This document shows positions 50,786 through 64,000 of a DNA stretch of 64,000 nucleotides, one piece after another. Source of the DNA: Camelus ferus (lineage: Eukaryota); contig NC_045696.1 in NCBI RefSeq assembly GCF_009834535.1, positions 19,408,001-19,472,000 on the forward strand, given 5' to 3'. The first letter of the stretch is position 1; each line of letters starts with the position of its first letter. Both the position numbers and the translations under genes were made by a program. The notes beneath the pieces are model-generated. The model was not told where the DNA came from. It was given only the letters and a program-made list of their open reading frames with translations, and did no database searches.

Positions 50786-53429
50786 CTGTATGATGAAAAT
50801 TGTTTTTGAAAGTAGAATAAGAACAAAACAATTAAGAAAAAAAGCAGAGTTATAAACATGAAAATAAAGGAAAAGAGAATAGTGACAGTAGGAAAGAAAA
50901 AAAAAGAGAAAATAATTAATACAAGATTTACACAAAGCCATTACCTACAAAAAATTACTTTAATACAGGACAAAGAATAAAAAAATCTAGTATAAAGCAT
51001 TTCTAAATAGCTGTCACATGTTAAAAACATAACTGAGGCTCAATATAATAATGTTTATTTCAATAACTCAGACATTTAGTTCTATCACTGATTCCTTTAA
51101 TGTGAACATCTTAAATATTTTTTATTGAAGATAAAACTTATTAGAGAAAGGTCATCAACCATTCTACCGGGCTACTGGTAAATTCACACTGCTACTTAAA
51201 TATGAGTTCATCATATTCTGCAATGTTTACTGATAGCCTTTTTTTTTTCCACCATATTTTCTTAGAACGTATTTAATAAAAGTAGTTTTACTTTTAATAA
51301 TGAATGAGGTACCAAGACATATAAGTGAAAATTTTAAGTTCACACGATAAAAATTTGCAATAAGAAGAAAAGAACATTAATTCAACTGGCTGTGGGCACA
51401 CTCTAGACATATGTTATTGTTACTCATTTAAAATAATTTTGAGAACCAAAGATCATGAAAATAAATTTATTGAATTACTTTGGCATTATGTGCTAAGCCA
51501 AATACATATTGTTCTGCATGTATTATTGATATTTAGATTTGACTGAGATTTCCAGATGGTTAAACTGAAGTTCTTCCCAATTAATTGAACTTCAGTTTCA
51601 CCATTGTTTTGAAATTTCTTTAATTTATATTCCAAAAACAATCATAAATTTAAATTTAAGAAAACATTTTAGTACTTGCCATGTACTTGAATGTTTTGTT
51701 TTCTGTTCATGTTGAGTTACTCAGAGATGAAAGGGTATACTAGTTTTGTTGAAACTAAAAATGAATGTCATCAAAATAATTTTACTATAAAGTTCACTTT
51801 AAGTATAATAAAAAGTCCATGAAAATACAAATTAATTAAAAAATTTTTAGCAATATGTTTATTAGTGGCAACTCATGTCATTTCTTTGTTAGCCTGTTAA
51901 ACTTGAAGAACTCTCATGGATGTAGTACATGCTCGATTTCAGCTGGTAGAATTATTTTACCATTGGATCTTTAGAATATATGAATGGAATTATTTGTCAC
52001 CAAATTATATTGAGAGTAAATGTTAAAATTAGACATATCTTCAATTCATAGTAACAAAAGAAGAAAAAGGAGCAATTACTTTAAGATAATAAGTGTTATT
52101 TCTTTTTTTTTTGGTTAAAACAATCAATACTAAATACATTGTAAGCCAAAAGAAATGGTGAAAAAATTTTTTCAAAATAAGTTTATCTCCAAAAAATTTT
52201 AAAGCATTAGATTATATTCATTCCACCATGTTAATAATATTTTAGTTATTAAAATTACAAAGTAAGTCAGTAAATATAATTTTATCAGCCTCTAGTTCTA
52301 TAGGTGATTTTGTAATCATTTTTATAAGACTTAGTCATCACTAGTCAATATTTTCATTGTTTATAAAATAAAGTGAGGTGGAATTATGCTGTATGAATAT
52401 TACAAAAGGGATCATGATTGTGATTTTGCACACTCTATTTCTATGCGAATCAAGAAACACATCTTTCAAAATAAACATGTCTCTAAATAAGTGAAAATGA
52501 GAAAACATTATTCATCACAAAATACTTTTTAAACCAGAATCATAACCTATGGAGAAATGTGGTATCCACTATGATGTATACATAGAAAAGCCATTATTAT
52601 CAATAGAATATATTATATATGAATTTAAGGTGAGTCTATTGTTAAAAATAGCTCCCTTGTCCAACAAATAAATGTATTCTAGATTTAGTCTGTTGCTTAC
52701 AAAGGTTAAATATATCTTAATGCACACAATTAATGGAATTTTTAATTCAAAGTCTGTAAACTTTATTTGGACAGTCTACAATGAATGCTATTTAAAAAAA
52801 TACAAACTAAATTAACTTTTAAACTCCTTATCTTCTCCAAAGACTTAAGGTTTGCTCATTTGTTACATATAACTAATCTGAAGCCTAAGTTTGAATTTAT
52901 AATATTTATTTTAAAATGGAGTGAGAAATTATATAATTACATGAGTAAGTATAATGAAAGCATGTGAAAAATATCATTTTTTCTTATTTTGCTGATTCAT
53001 AATTTTAACTCCTTAGGAAATTGTGAGTTTAAAGGCTCACAAATTCACCATCAACCATCACAGCCTTTAAAATTGCCCCCAGGAAATTTTCTAGAGCTAA
53101 ATCAAGTAATTCTTGATCTATAATGGTGTGTCTTTGATCTGGCTTTCCATGAGACTTTACCAGTCTGTGGATTTAGTCACAGTAAATTGGACATTATTTT
53201 GTGACTTTTTATAGATAAAATGAATATTTTATTTTTTCCCCCTTTCCCAGTGAGCTGCTCTGGTTTTGTATTAGCATAGTTCAGAGGGGATGAATTCTAT
53301 CTCCTATCTTCTCAGATAGCTTCATTTGTACATCTGTGTGTCTGACTTTTCCTTGACTGCTTGATCCATTTCATCAGCTGTGAAACACGCTCTAGCCCTT
53401 TTCATCATAAAAGTCCTTCTAAAACTGAC

Positions 53430-54932
53430 TTTTTTTTTCCTGTGCTAACCTTCATAGCAAAGTTTCTTGAAAGCACTAAATTAACATGGAGTCTAAACCT
53501 GCTAACCTCCCATACAATTCTCAGCCCACTCCTAACTAATTTCTCGTTCATCCACTTCAGCAAAGCTGTATGTAATTAGTACACTTCACGTCTCTTTCAA
53601 TTGAGTTTTGTTGACCTCTCAGCAGCATCAGAAGGGTCAAACATGATTTACGCCTTGGCTTCTGGAAATATGACTGTCTCTTAACTCCCAAGATACTGCA
53701 GTCTTGTATTTTTCCAGGAATTGAAAAATATCTTAGTCTCACCAAGGGTAGTGGTATGGTTTCATCTTTCTCTATACAATTACATTTCCTTGGGATGCAG
53801 TTCTTAACCCTCTACTCTTCAGTAAATCAAGAACCGCCTACCCCTTGAACATTGATGCTGCACCAGTTGCCCTTCTAGGTACTGGGGAACATCTGTGAGT
53901 ATCACAGACATCAACTTCCTTTCATAGAGCTTAGGTGTTACTCATTGCGTGGTTTTATTCTCACCCAGGCTTTAAATACCAGTCACTTGTTAAGGCTGAC
54001 AACATCATAATATATGTTTCCAAGCCATGGTTGTCTTAGCTACATACACACATATCTAACATCTATTTGACATTTCAAACTTAACAAATACCAAACTGAT
54101 CTTACATTTAATCCTTATTCTTCAAACTCTGCTTTGTTTATAAGATTCTGTAGAATCCTGAGAAATGATATCAATAGTTTTCCAGTTGCCCAAGCAAGAA
54201 ACTCAAAAGTCATCAATATCTACTGAATCCCATCTGTTACATGGGCAGGTTACTCTACATCTACAATGTGCCTAGGATTTATTCATTTCCTTTTTCAACT
54301 GTTAACACATTTTTTCAAGCATTCATGTTCATCCATCTCTTGCTTGTACTCAGGTGAGCAAAATTAGTCTATCTATAATGTCTATCTTTTCATATAACTT
54401 CCCTGCTTCAAATGATTTCTTACTACTTTTAAAATCTGTTTTAAAATTATTTACATGGTTTTGAGAAGACCTTGGATTGTATGGGTCACAGGTCCCTCTC
54501 TATCCTTACTTTTGTTGACTTACCTACAGGTTCTCTGCCAACCATAATTTTTCTAGTTCCTAAAACAGTTAAATTCCTTCTTCTCTCAGAGACTTCTTCC
54601 ATATAAGACACTTTCCCTGGAAGTTTCATTCCCTACAAGCTTCTTTTAGAAAGCAACTTTCCAAGGGAATCTTTTCGTTACCCCCAAATACCCCCATTAG
54701 TTAGGTACACTTGCCAGAGGCGGCACACTGCACCAGCACAACTCTTCGTTTTAATTACTTGGTGGTTATTCTAACTCTTGTTTAATATCTATCTTCCCTA
54801 CTAGATTGTACAATCTTGGAGTGCTGGAACCAGCTCTGCATTTTTCACAGATAATTCCTCTGTACTCATCACAGTGCTTGTCACAAAGCCAGATCCCAAT
54901 AAATAACTGGAATGAATGAATAAATCAATAAA
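53430..54932 (+). mobile_element. L2 fragment (~1.5 kb) with 3' tail
   Basis: L2 motifs ('tttcaaacttaacaaataccaaactga', 'ccagttgcccaagcaagaaact') ending in 'caataaata...gaatgaatgaataaat'. Confidence 0.75.
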
Positions 54933-56988
54933 TCTTAACATTGCAAAACCAGAAGAAACTAGCTTAGAGCTAAGGAAATACATATCAAAAGAAGTTAAAC
55001 ACAAGAGCAAAGCTGAAGCTATAAACCATTTTCCTTCTGGGTACTGCTCACAAGCTGACTTTCCAAAATTGATATGAAAAGTGTTTTTCATGGGAAATGT
55101 ATCATGACATATTTTAGTTATTTTTGTTCCACATATATATATATTTATTTATATATTCTGTTTTTATTTATTTACCTTTTGGTCTATACTTATTATTGGC
55201 TTTATTAACAACAATTTCTTATAAAATAGCAAAGATTCTGGGAGTATAATATAAAGCAGTCTGCCTAAAATCTTTTATTTTTTTTTTTACAGTTTGGGTT
55301 TTATCTATAAAATATAACTAAAATGTTGCCTTCAGCTTTATAAAGTATTAATTTTCCTTTTGATAAACATAATTATTTCCTCCAGGTATATGAGCTAAAT
55401 TAAAGATTTAAGTAGATGGAATTCTTTCTTGCAACCCTCCTTTGAAGATTCTGGCTCATATTAACAATCATTTATCATATTCCTGTTATCTGCATAGGGG
55501 ATAATTACTACAGACATAATGCATTAGAATTGTAGAAGCAGTTATTGATATTTTAAGCTCACAGAAACAATGAACTTGATTGTTCATTCAACTATTCTTA
55601 TTTAGGTGTATCATCTTGTAAGGGCATGGGATTTGTCATCTGATTTAAAGTAGCTCTGACCTTGAACAGATCCTTTAACCTCTCAAAACTGTGAGATGAG
55701 GATAACTCTCCCTTGTTCAACTCCGATTCAAGAATAAAATGACATAATAAGTGCAGAGGTACTTTGTAAATTTTTAAAAATTGACAGTACAAAGCAAGAT
55801 ATCCATATTATTTCTAGATAGTTCCAACTTCCTAATTTCAAATTATAATTGGAAGAAGTTATTAATACTAGGAATACAAAGCCATGATATCAATTACTTT
55901 CAAACCACATAACTAACAGTAATTACTTTTTAATAGAAAGATGAATTATATAAAGTTACTTTCAATTAAAAAAATGATGTATGATATAACAAAGCAGTAA
56001 TAATGAGATTAATTTCAATTTGAAATTACAAGAGGGTTAAATAGCAAGACTGAGCTGACAGATTTTATTTTTCCAGTCTCAAAAATACTATGGAACAACA
56101 CTGATACTCTATTATAGTATGACTTAAATCAGCCATGTTTATGAATATGCAGTTCACTTATCTAAATAGAGAGTATATGTGTATATATATTTATGCATGT
56201 ACATACAAAACTTTACCATTAAATGTTAAATATGATATGTAAAGAGCAATAAATGTTAAAATATGACCAATATGACAACTCACTAACAGAGTTAACTGAC
56301 TTTGAATCAGAATACATTCTTGAATGTTCACCTTTATAGCACATATCTGAAAACAGTTTTCGAATCCCTCCTGTGGACTTTGATAGTATCACTAGCATGT
56401 AATGATGTAAGCACTATTACCTAACCAAGGTAGAAGCTCCCAGTGCGCTGTGACTAACGATGAATGTCCTGCGACACTATGAGCTTCTTTGGAACTCTAG
56501 TCATAGTTCTTTCTGGGGCTATGTCTGTGGCTGCTTCTGCCTCATTATGTGATAGACTGAATCTTTCCAAGCAGCTTGTTTGGTCAAGCATAATGGGCTC
56601 ACCATTATCTTTGGCCATGTCTTCCCAAAAGTGAAGGACTAGACTTGGTGTGTTTGGCAGAGAAGTTGTCTTCTTTGCTAAGGGTTTTTTCTGGTCTCAA
56701 CAAAACTTTTCTATGTTGGTTTTCACTCTTACCCCTCAATCCCCTCTCTGCTCATCCTCTCCCCACCATTTCCACCACTAAAGCTGTCAAAGTGCACTTA
56801 CAAATGAACCAATCTTCCATGGCAAGACAGACTGAGAAATTTTGATACATAAATAATCATGAGCAGACCCTAGAATTTATGCTTGCTTCTGTAAAATTAT
56901 GTTTTCAATATTAAGAAAAAATTCAGAGAGGCTATAAAAGATAACACGATATTTATTTTCGGCTTGATAAGGCATACGGTTGGCTTAC

Positions 56989-57169
56989 CTTTAATAATGT
57001 TGGGCTTTGGTGGCATGCTGAACTCATAGACAGTTGGTTCTGAATATCCCAATCTATTGGCAGCTGTAATTTGAACTTCATACCCCATTGTCCACTGTAG
57101 ATGCTCCAAAATAATGTGGTCTTTATTTCCCTGAACTTTTTTCTCTAGCCACTGGTCTTCTTTATCTTT
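56989..57169 (-). CDS. NCAM2: NCAM2 internal exon encoding the end of the second FnIII domain ([60 protein letters not shown] + G of the next codon)
   Basis: Peptide recognised as NCAM2. Acceptor ttcctttatag|AAA (AG at 57170-57171), donor AAAG|gtaagc. 181 bp, phase 0 in, phase 1 out. Confidence 0.97.
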
Positions 57170-58969
57170 CTATAAAGGAAATACAAATATATTTTGTAAA
57201 TACACAGGCACTAAAGTTGTGATCTTTTAAAAAAATATTTCATCTACCTTGAAATGGAACAGGTGGTTTTATTAAATCAAAGAAAGATATTTTCTCATCC
57301 ACAGGGATAAGTGAAGTTATATATAGATGAAGTCCTTTCTAAGATTTTTCACATAAAAATTACAATGGTTTTTAAATTAGCTAAAGAGTGGTAATTTCAT
57401 AATTAATCCTTGATGAGTCAGCAATTGATAATTCTCTATCAGGATTTTTTTTTTATTTCACAAACATCACTTTGCTGTTTAGCCACTTTGTTGATTATTA
57501 ATAATCATGTGAACAGGAAAAAATTAAAATATTATATAGGAAAACCTAACATATCCATTAAAATAATTGCCAGAGACTATTGTTTAAGGTTTGGGGTAGG
57601 TGAGGGTAAAGTGTCTTGCAAACAAAATCTGGATTATTTTTATAGATTCAAATTACCACTATTCTTTTTATTATTATTATGTTTTAGACATACTGAAACA
57701 CCATGGAAGAAAAAAATTATTACCTGTTAAATAGGTTATAAGCCTAAGAAATTTTAAAATGTTATCTTATCCTTGAACATTCTACACTCAAATCCTGATT
57801 CTTCTTCTAAAATAAATGTTTTAGACCACATGACATTTTAAATTACCTTTTGTTTGAAAAAAAGTAGTAAGACTGCAATTAACAGAAAAATAAATTGATA
57901 TAACTTTATGGATTAAACTATCCTAAACAATGTGAACATTCAGCTGCACCATATGTTAACCATTTAAACATTTTCCTATGTTTAAATGGTAACCTCTCTG
58001 CCTTGTGTCCCTCGTCTCTACTACAGCTAGCAGCTGCCTCCATTAGCTTTCATGAGGGATGAGTGAGGAAAATTGAGTACACTGTATATTCCAGGGCATT
58101 AAGAATCATAACCACTTAGCAAAGACAGCTATTACTAAGGAGAAACTATTTCTACAATAACTATACAGAAATGAAATGATATTTTCTCTGAAATCACATA
58201 TCAAATAATAATCCATCACCGCAATTGCAAATCTCAATTTCCCAGAGGTGTAATTCTAAGTAAATTGTAACCAGGCCATAATGATAGATAGACAGATCAA
58301 TAGATAGATGGATCAATCTTTTTAACCTCAGAACTCAGCCCAGTAATACTTTATGTTGAGCCAGTATTTGACAATGTTTCTCTGACTACAAAGAATAACA
58401 ATGTTTTCTCCATTTATAGTGAAATTTGAAGACTTATTATTTAAAATTAAAGTGTGGAAGTTAAATTCATGACTGCTTTAAATTGATGTATTATAAGCAC
58501 AAAGTGTTCTTCAAAAGAAGACAACAATATGGTTTTGATACTATACTGTGTTTCTCTTTTCTTAATTATTTTTGGTTACATAGAACTTTTATTTCAAAGG
58601 ATATCAGTTGGCCTGTTTTATTATTTCTTCTAAAACTGAAGATATTAACAGCTTAAGAAAGCCATGGGTTTTGGACAAGCACAGAAAGTTATAAACAAGA
58701 AGTATTTCCCTTGCTTTTTGAAACTTATAAGTATACTAAATTATTAGACTGGATTTGTGTCCAGTATTAGTAAAGGTGTTATGAAGTGTACTGGAAAAGC
58801 CACTGGAAAACAGGACAATCCGGACCAGAATCCTTGTAAGTTGTCTAAGTCACTAACTGACTAGTAAAGTTAAGAAAGGAACCAAGGTTTGCCTTTGAAA
58901 TGCTTAGGACAGCTGTACTAACAGACACAATTGTCCCAATGTCCCCTTATGTCATGGATGTATCCATCA

Positions 58970-59200
58970 ATTATTTATTCAGTCTTTATTGGGTAGTAGG
59001 TTGTTCTAGAACTATGAACACAATGGTGAACAAGTAATGTGCCTTGTTTTGGAGTTTACAAATCAGTACAGAAGAAAGACATAAGTTCTTTGAAAAAGCA
59101 GAAGGTGCTTTGGGAGCATGTAACAGGGAGAAAAATATATCCAGAATCTAGGAAGGTTTCCTCTGGGGAAGAAATGTCACCAGCACTGAAAATAAGAAAC
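58970..59200 (-). mobile_element. L2 3' fragment
   Basis: tttattc tail, 'gttctagaact...acaatggtgaacaag...ggagtttaca' motif. Confidence 0.55.
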
Positions 59201-61483
59201 TCCATTTCTATTTTTCTTTGCATTTGTCCTCACCTAGTTAATGAAAAGAAGGTGTGATTCCTTCACAGAAGTTTAGAACCAGAAATAAGCACAATGATTG
59301 AAAACCTTGGAAAGATGTCAAAACAAACACTGTAGGTTTATTGTTTTAAACAAATGTGAAAAAATACTTCATAGGAGTTGACCAAAAATATAAAGCTTAC
59401 AAAAATCTCCATTCAAAAATAATTTTAGATGATATGATATATGACATATATATGCAAACATGCATTTATAGACAACAAAATACACATATACAAATACTTG
59501 TTATGCAGTATATTGCATATTCACACACATACAGGAAGTGGGGTGAGGAGTAAGAGGACTGAAGGGTTAGATAAGGGCGAAGTGACACAAAGCAGTTGCG
59601 AGGTGCCTCTGTAGCCATCCCCTAACCCAGTAAATCAGAAACTTCTATTTAACTATCAAGTGCTTTGTGAGAGTGAGTATCTATTCAGAGCTGAGTTTTG
59701 TTTTGGCTCTGAGTAGAGATATGGGTGAAAAAGCCAGAAAATAAGACAAGAGCTGATAACTAGATTACCCCAGGATACAATTTATTATTCAGAAAGACAA
59801 AAGGACTTCATGTCCTTCAGCTAATCCTCCAAAAATATTATTTCTGGGAATTGAGCATTTGGGGTGAAACTTCCTGATGAGCCCAAGATGTGCAGATAGT
59901 TTGTATAAATTGACAATCACTTAACTCTTAATTGTTAAAGTTCTTAGCATGGCAAATTAAAAGCCCCTCCACCATATTAGATAGTTGGACTGATGTGATA
60001 TAAGGGTCTAAAGGGAGTTCTATTATTTTCCTCAATTTAAATCAATTTCATTTCCCATTCACCATTAGACAGGAAGCTTTTTAATCCCTTAATTGCTATA
60101 GTTAAAAAATAGGAAAAAATTAAAGTGGGTGTTACCAAATACTCCCCTAGGCATCAAAATCTCAACTATTCATTTGTAGAGTGCCTAATTTGCAGAACTT
60201 AAATGCCAAGGGAACAATTTAAGATAATCTAGTTGCTAAATGTTCCCTTAGGTACTTAATGAGATGATTTGCTGAATAGGGCCATTATTAATAAGCCAAT
60301 TAAATGTTGAAGGGCAGCTACTGAAAAAAAATGGTCATTTTGTTTCGATATAGCTTTTATTAAGCATTCCTTTTTGTCAAAACATAGATAGCAGGGCCAT
60401 GTGACAATTAAGGGGATATCTTAAAAGTTATTCTAAAATCATGATCTCAGTCCATAGGGAAATATTTACTATCATCTGTATGGAGGAAGAGTGGAGGAGA
60501 GATGGAGAAGGTCTTGCTTTTCTTATCTATGGAGGGCTTCTTGACTGTTTTTATTCATTCAAAGGAGAAATCCACTAACTTTCTTTTCAAAGTCTCAGGG
60601 TAGGTATGTATAGTCAGTATCATCTTACTTGAAAACTGAGTAATTATAAAAAGAGAGGACAATGGAGGTGGTGAGCTCCTACTAATTTGATTAATTTTAA
60701 GGTTCTTATGATTCCAGAGTGTTATGATTTAAGACTTCACATTTCCATGTAAGGCAGTTCCTGGCTCCTGGACTTCCTGGTAGCCTGATTCAGCTATTTA
60801 TTACTTATGTGACCTTAAGCTCCATGTGCTACTCTAAATATGAGAGAGGGGATTTAGCACTCTGGATAATTTATACACACAAACACACACACATTCCACT
60901 GTGATTGAGAAAGATGTGAGGTTTGGAAGTTTTTAGGAGAGTTTCAAATTCTATTATCTTTTCTTTTTTTTTTTTGGTATTATTATAGCTGACTCAAATC
61001 ATTTTGTTTCAGGTCCTGAAGCTTGGTAAAATTTTGTAAACTGGACACTACTTTACCTACTTCCTAGTCTCCATCACCCACGTACTACTTTAGGGAAAAA
61101 AATGATCTAATTTTTCCTATTCATCATCTTCTGTGTTCTCACAACTCACAAAATTAACACAGTGCATGTTATTTCTTGTATTAATTAATTCTCGTATTTA
61201 TTAGTCTAGTTAGGATCATTTATAATTGCACAGCATAGATTAACTTATTCACTGAATCACTGATGCATTTATTCATTCAGACAACAGTTTATTTGATGCT
61301 ATTAATACACAGATAAATAAAAATCACTTTTTTCCCTAGCAGCAGAGAAAATTACCAAAAATCATAGGTCTATTTATGTCCATAACTATTCATTGTTGGA
61401 AAATATTTCAAAAGTAAACTGATGGCACTTAAAAAAATGTGAGTGTACACATCTAGATATAATTAACTTAAGTTTAATAAATT

Positions 61484-63812
61484 ATCAATCAATGTGACAC
61501 ATCAACGAAAGAAAAGACAAAAACTACATGATCAATTCAATAGCTGCAGAAAAAAGCATTTGATAAAATTCAACATTCATGTTAAAAACTCTTTAACTAA
61601 AGTGGGTATAGAGGGAACATATCTCAACATAGTAAAAGCTATATATGACAAACCCATAGCCAACATAATACTCAGTGGTGAAAAGTTGAGAGCCTTCCCA
61701 CTAAAATCTAGAGTAAGTAGGCATATTCTCACCACATCTATTCAACATTAGAAGTCCTAGCCATAGCAACTGGACAAGAAAGGAACAAAATTGGAAGAGA
61801 AGATGTAAAATTGTCACTATATACAGATGATACGATACTATATATAGAAACTTTAAAGACTCCACAAAAAAAAAAAAACTACTAGCTCTGATAAACACAT
61901 TCAGTAAGGTAGCAGGGTACAAGATTCACATACAGAAGTCTGCTGCAGTTTCTTTATACCAACAGTGAAAGGTCAGAAAAAGAAAGAAAAAAAATCCTGT
62001 TTAAAATTGCATCAAAAAAATGAAATACTTAGAAATAAACCTGGCCAAGGAGGTGAAAGACTTATATGCGAAGAACTACAAAACACTGATTAAGGAAATT
62101 AAAGAAATGGAAAGATCCCATGTGCTTGGATTGGAAGAATTAATATTGTAAATGGTCATACTACCCAAAGCAATCTACAGATTTAATGGGATACCTATCA
62201 AATTATCCAGGACATTTTTCACAGAAATAGAAGAAATAATCCTGAAATTTATATGGAATCACAAAAGACAAAGAATTGCCAATACAATACTGAAGAAAAA
62301 GAATAAAGCTGGAAGAGTAACTCTCCCAGACTTCAGACAATACTACAGAGCTACAGCAATCAAAACAGCATGATACTGGCACAAGAGCAGACATGCGGAT
62401 CAATGAATCAGAATAGAGAGCCCAGAAATAAGTCCACACACCTATGGTCAATTAATCTTCAACAAAGGAGACAAGAATACACAATGGAGAAAAGACAGCC
62501 TCTTCAGAAAGTGGCATTGGGAAAGCTGGACAGCTGTATGTAAACCCCATGTACAAAGATAAACTCAAAATGGCTTAAAGACTTAAACATAAGACATGAT
62601 AAACCTCCTAGAAAAACATAGGCAAAACATTCTCTGACGTAAATCTTAGCAGTATTCTTCTAGGGCAGTCTATCAAAGCAATAGAAATAAAAACAAAAAA
62701 TAAACAAATGGGACCTAATTAAACTTAAAAGCTTTTGCACAGCAAATGAAACTATAAATAAAACAAAAAGACTATCTATGGAATGGGAGAAAATATCTGC
62801 AAACAATGCAACTAACAAGGGCTTAATTTCCAGAATATACAAACATCTCATATATATAGCTCAATAACAAAAAAATACACAACCCAATCAAAAATGGGTA
62901 GAAGATCTAAACAAACTTTTCTACAATAAAGACATACAAATAGCCAATAGGCACATGAAAAATGTTCAATATCACTAACTAAAGTAATGCAAATCAAAAC
63001 TACAGTGAGGTATCATACTAGTCAGAATGATCATCATTGAAGAGTCTACAAACAATATGTACTGGAGAGGGTGTGGAGTAAAGGAAACCCTCCTACACGG
63101 TTGGTGGGAATGTAGTTTGGTGCAGCCATTGTGGAAAACAGTATGCATATTCCTTAAAAATCTAAAAATAAACTTACCGTATGATCCAGCAATCCCACTC
63201 CTGGGCATATATCTGGAGGGAACTCTAATTTGAAAAGATACATGCACACCAATGTTCATAGCAGCACTATTTACAATAGGCAAGACATGGAAACAATCTA
63301 GATGTCTATGGACAGAAGACTGGATAAGGAAGTTGTGGTATACAGACAATGGAATACTACTCAGCCATAAAAAAGAATAAAATAATGCCATTTGCAGCAA
63401 CTTGGACAAACCTAGAGATTGTCATACTAGGTGAAGTAAGCCAGAAATAGAAAGAAAAATACTATACAATATCACTTATATTTGGAATCTAAAAAAATGA
63501 GACAAATGAATTTCCTTACAAAACAGAAACAGACTCACAGACGGAAAACAAACTTGTGGTTACTAGCGGAGAAGGGGGGAGGGTAAATTAGGAGTTAGGG
63601 ATTTGCAGATAGTAACTACTATATATAAAATAGATAAACAGCAAGTTTCTTCTGTATAACAAAGGAAACTATATTCAATATCTAATAACAGCCTATAATG
63701 AAAAAGAAAATGAAAAGGAATATGTAAGTGTATATACATACAACTGAATCACTATGCTGTACCCCAGAAATTAACACATTGTAAACTGACTATACTTCAA
63801 TTAAAAAAAAAA
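61484..63812 (+). mobile_element. 5'-truncated L1 (~2.3 kb; RT and C-terminal part of ORF2, 3'UTR, poly(A)), frameshifted, antisense to NCAM2
   Basis: ORF fragments [64 protein letters not shown]. Poly(A) at 63803-63812. Confidence 0.95.
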
Positions 63813-64000
63813 TGACCTAAATTTCCCAGGTTTGCCCAATGTTGAGAAAAACAGGAAACATTTCTCAATTTCTTTTGTAAGGCCACCATTACATAGACAC
63901 AATTAAAACAACAAACAAACAAAAAGTCATCACGCTAACTGGAAACCAGAAAAAGTTTTAAATTTGGCTGCATTTCAAAAATTGCAAGAAATGAGTAGGT

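Noticed and set aside
50732..50941. 69-aa minus ORF overlapping the GPI exon
   Set aside because: Wrong frame. It is open only because of the long pyrimidine tract, and the real exon frame is set by the splice phase.
53020..53072. Overlapping short inverted repeats (ttgtgag/ctcacaa; tttaaaggct/agcctttaaa)
   Set aside because: Arms of 7-10 bp are expected by chance in 64 kb of AT-rich DNA.
56897..56988. Read-through of the FnIII exon into the intron gives a hydrophobic tail ([17 protein letters not shown]), suggesting a third membrane anchor
   Set aside because: The donor (AG|gtaagc) is strong, T-rich introns routinely translate as hydrophobic peptides, and there is no supporting poly(A) arrangement after the stop.
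61494..63409. Several ORFs with reverse-transcriptase-like peptides
   Set aside because: Frameshifted fragments of a dead, 5'-truncated L1. Not a novel RT system.

Overview
AT-rich, CpG-poor mammalian genomic DNA containing the 3' end of NCAM2 (neural cell adhesion molecule 2/OCAM) on the minus strand. I can reconstruct four constitutive coding exons with canonical splice sites and matching phases: the last FnIII exon (56989-57169), the transmembrane exon (30105-30309), a cytoplasmic exon (24160-24279) and the terminal coding exon (21555-21666). These are followed by a ~5.3 kb 3'UTR with tandem poly(A) signals. An alternative terminal exon absent from the ORF track (50679-50785) encodes the GPI-anchor signal of the short NCAM2 isoform and has an unusual acceptor architecture. 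The rest is intron or downstream sequence filled with L1, L2, MIR, MaLR/ERV LTR and MER5A remnants, including two 5'-inverted L1s and a nested MaLR element. The style of the young L1 3' ends and the absence of recognisable Alu/B1/Bov/PRE/Can SINEs suggest a cetartiodactyl, possibly a camelid (inference). I found no prokaryote-type system and no novel protein-coding gene. Repeat family names come from recall of consensus sequences and were not checked by a database search.
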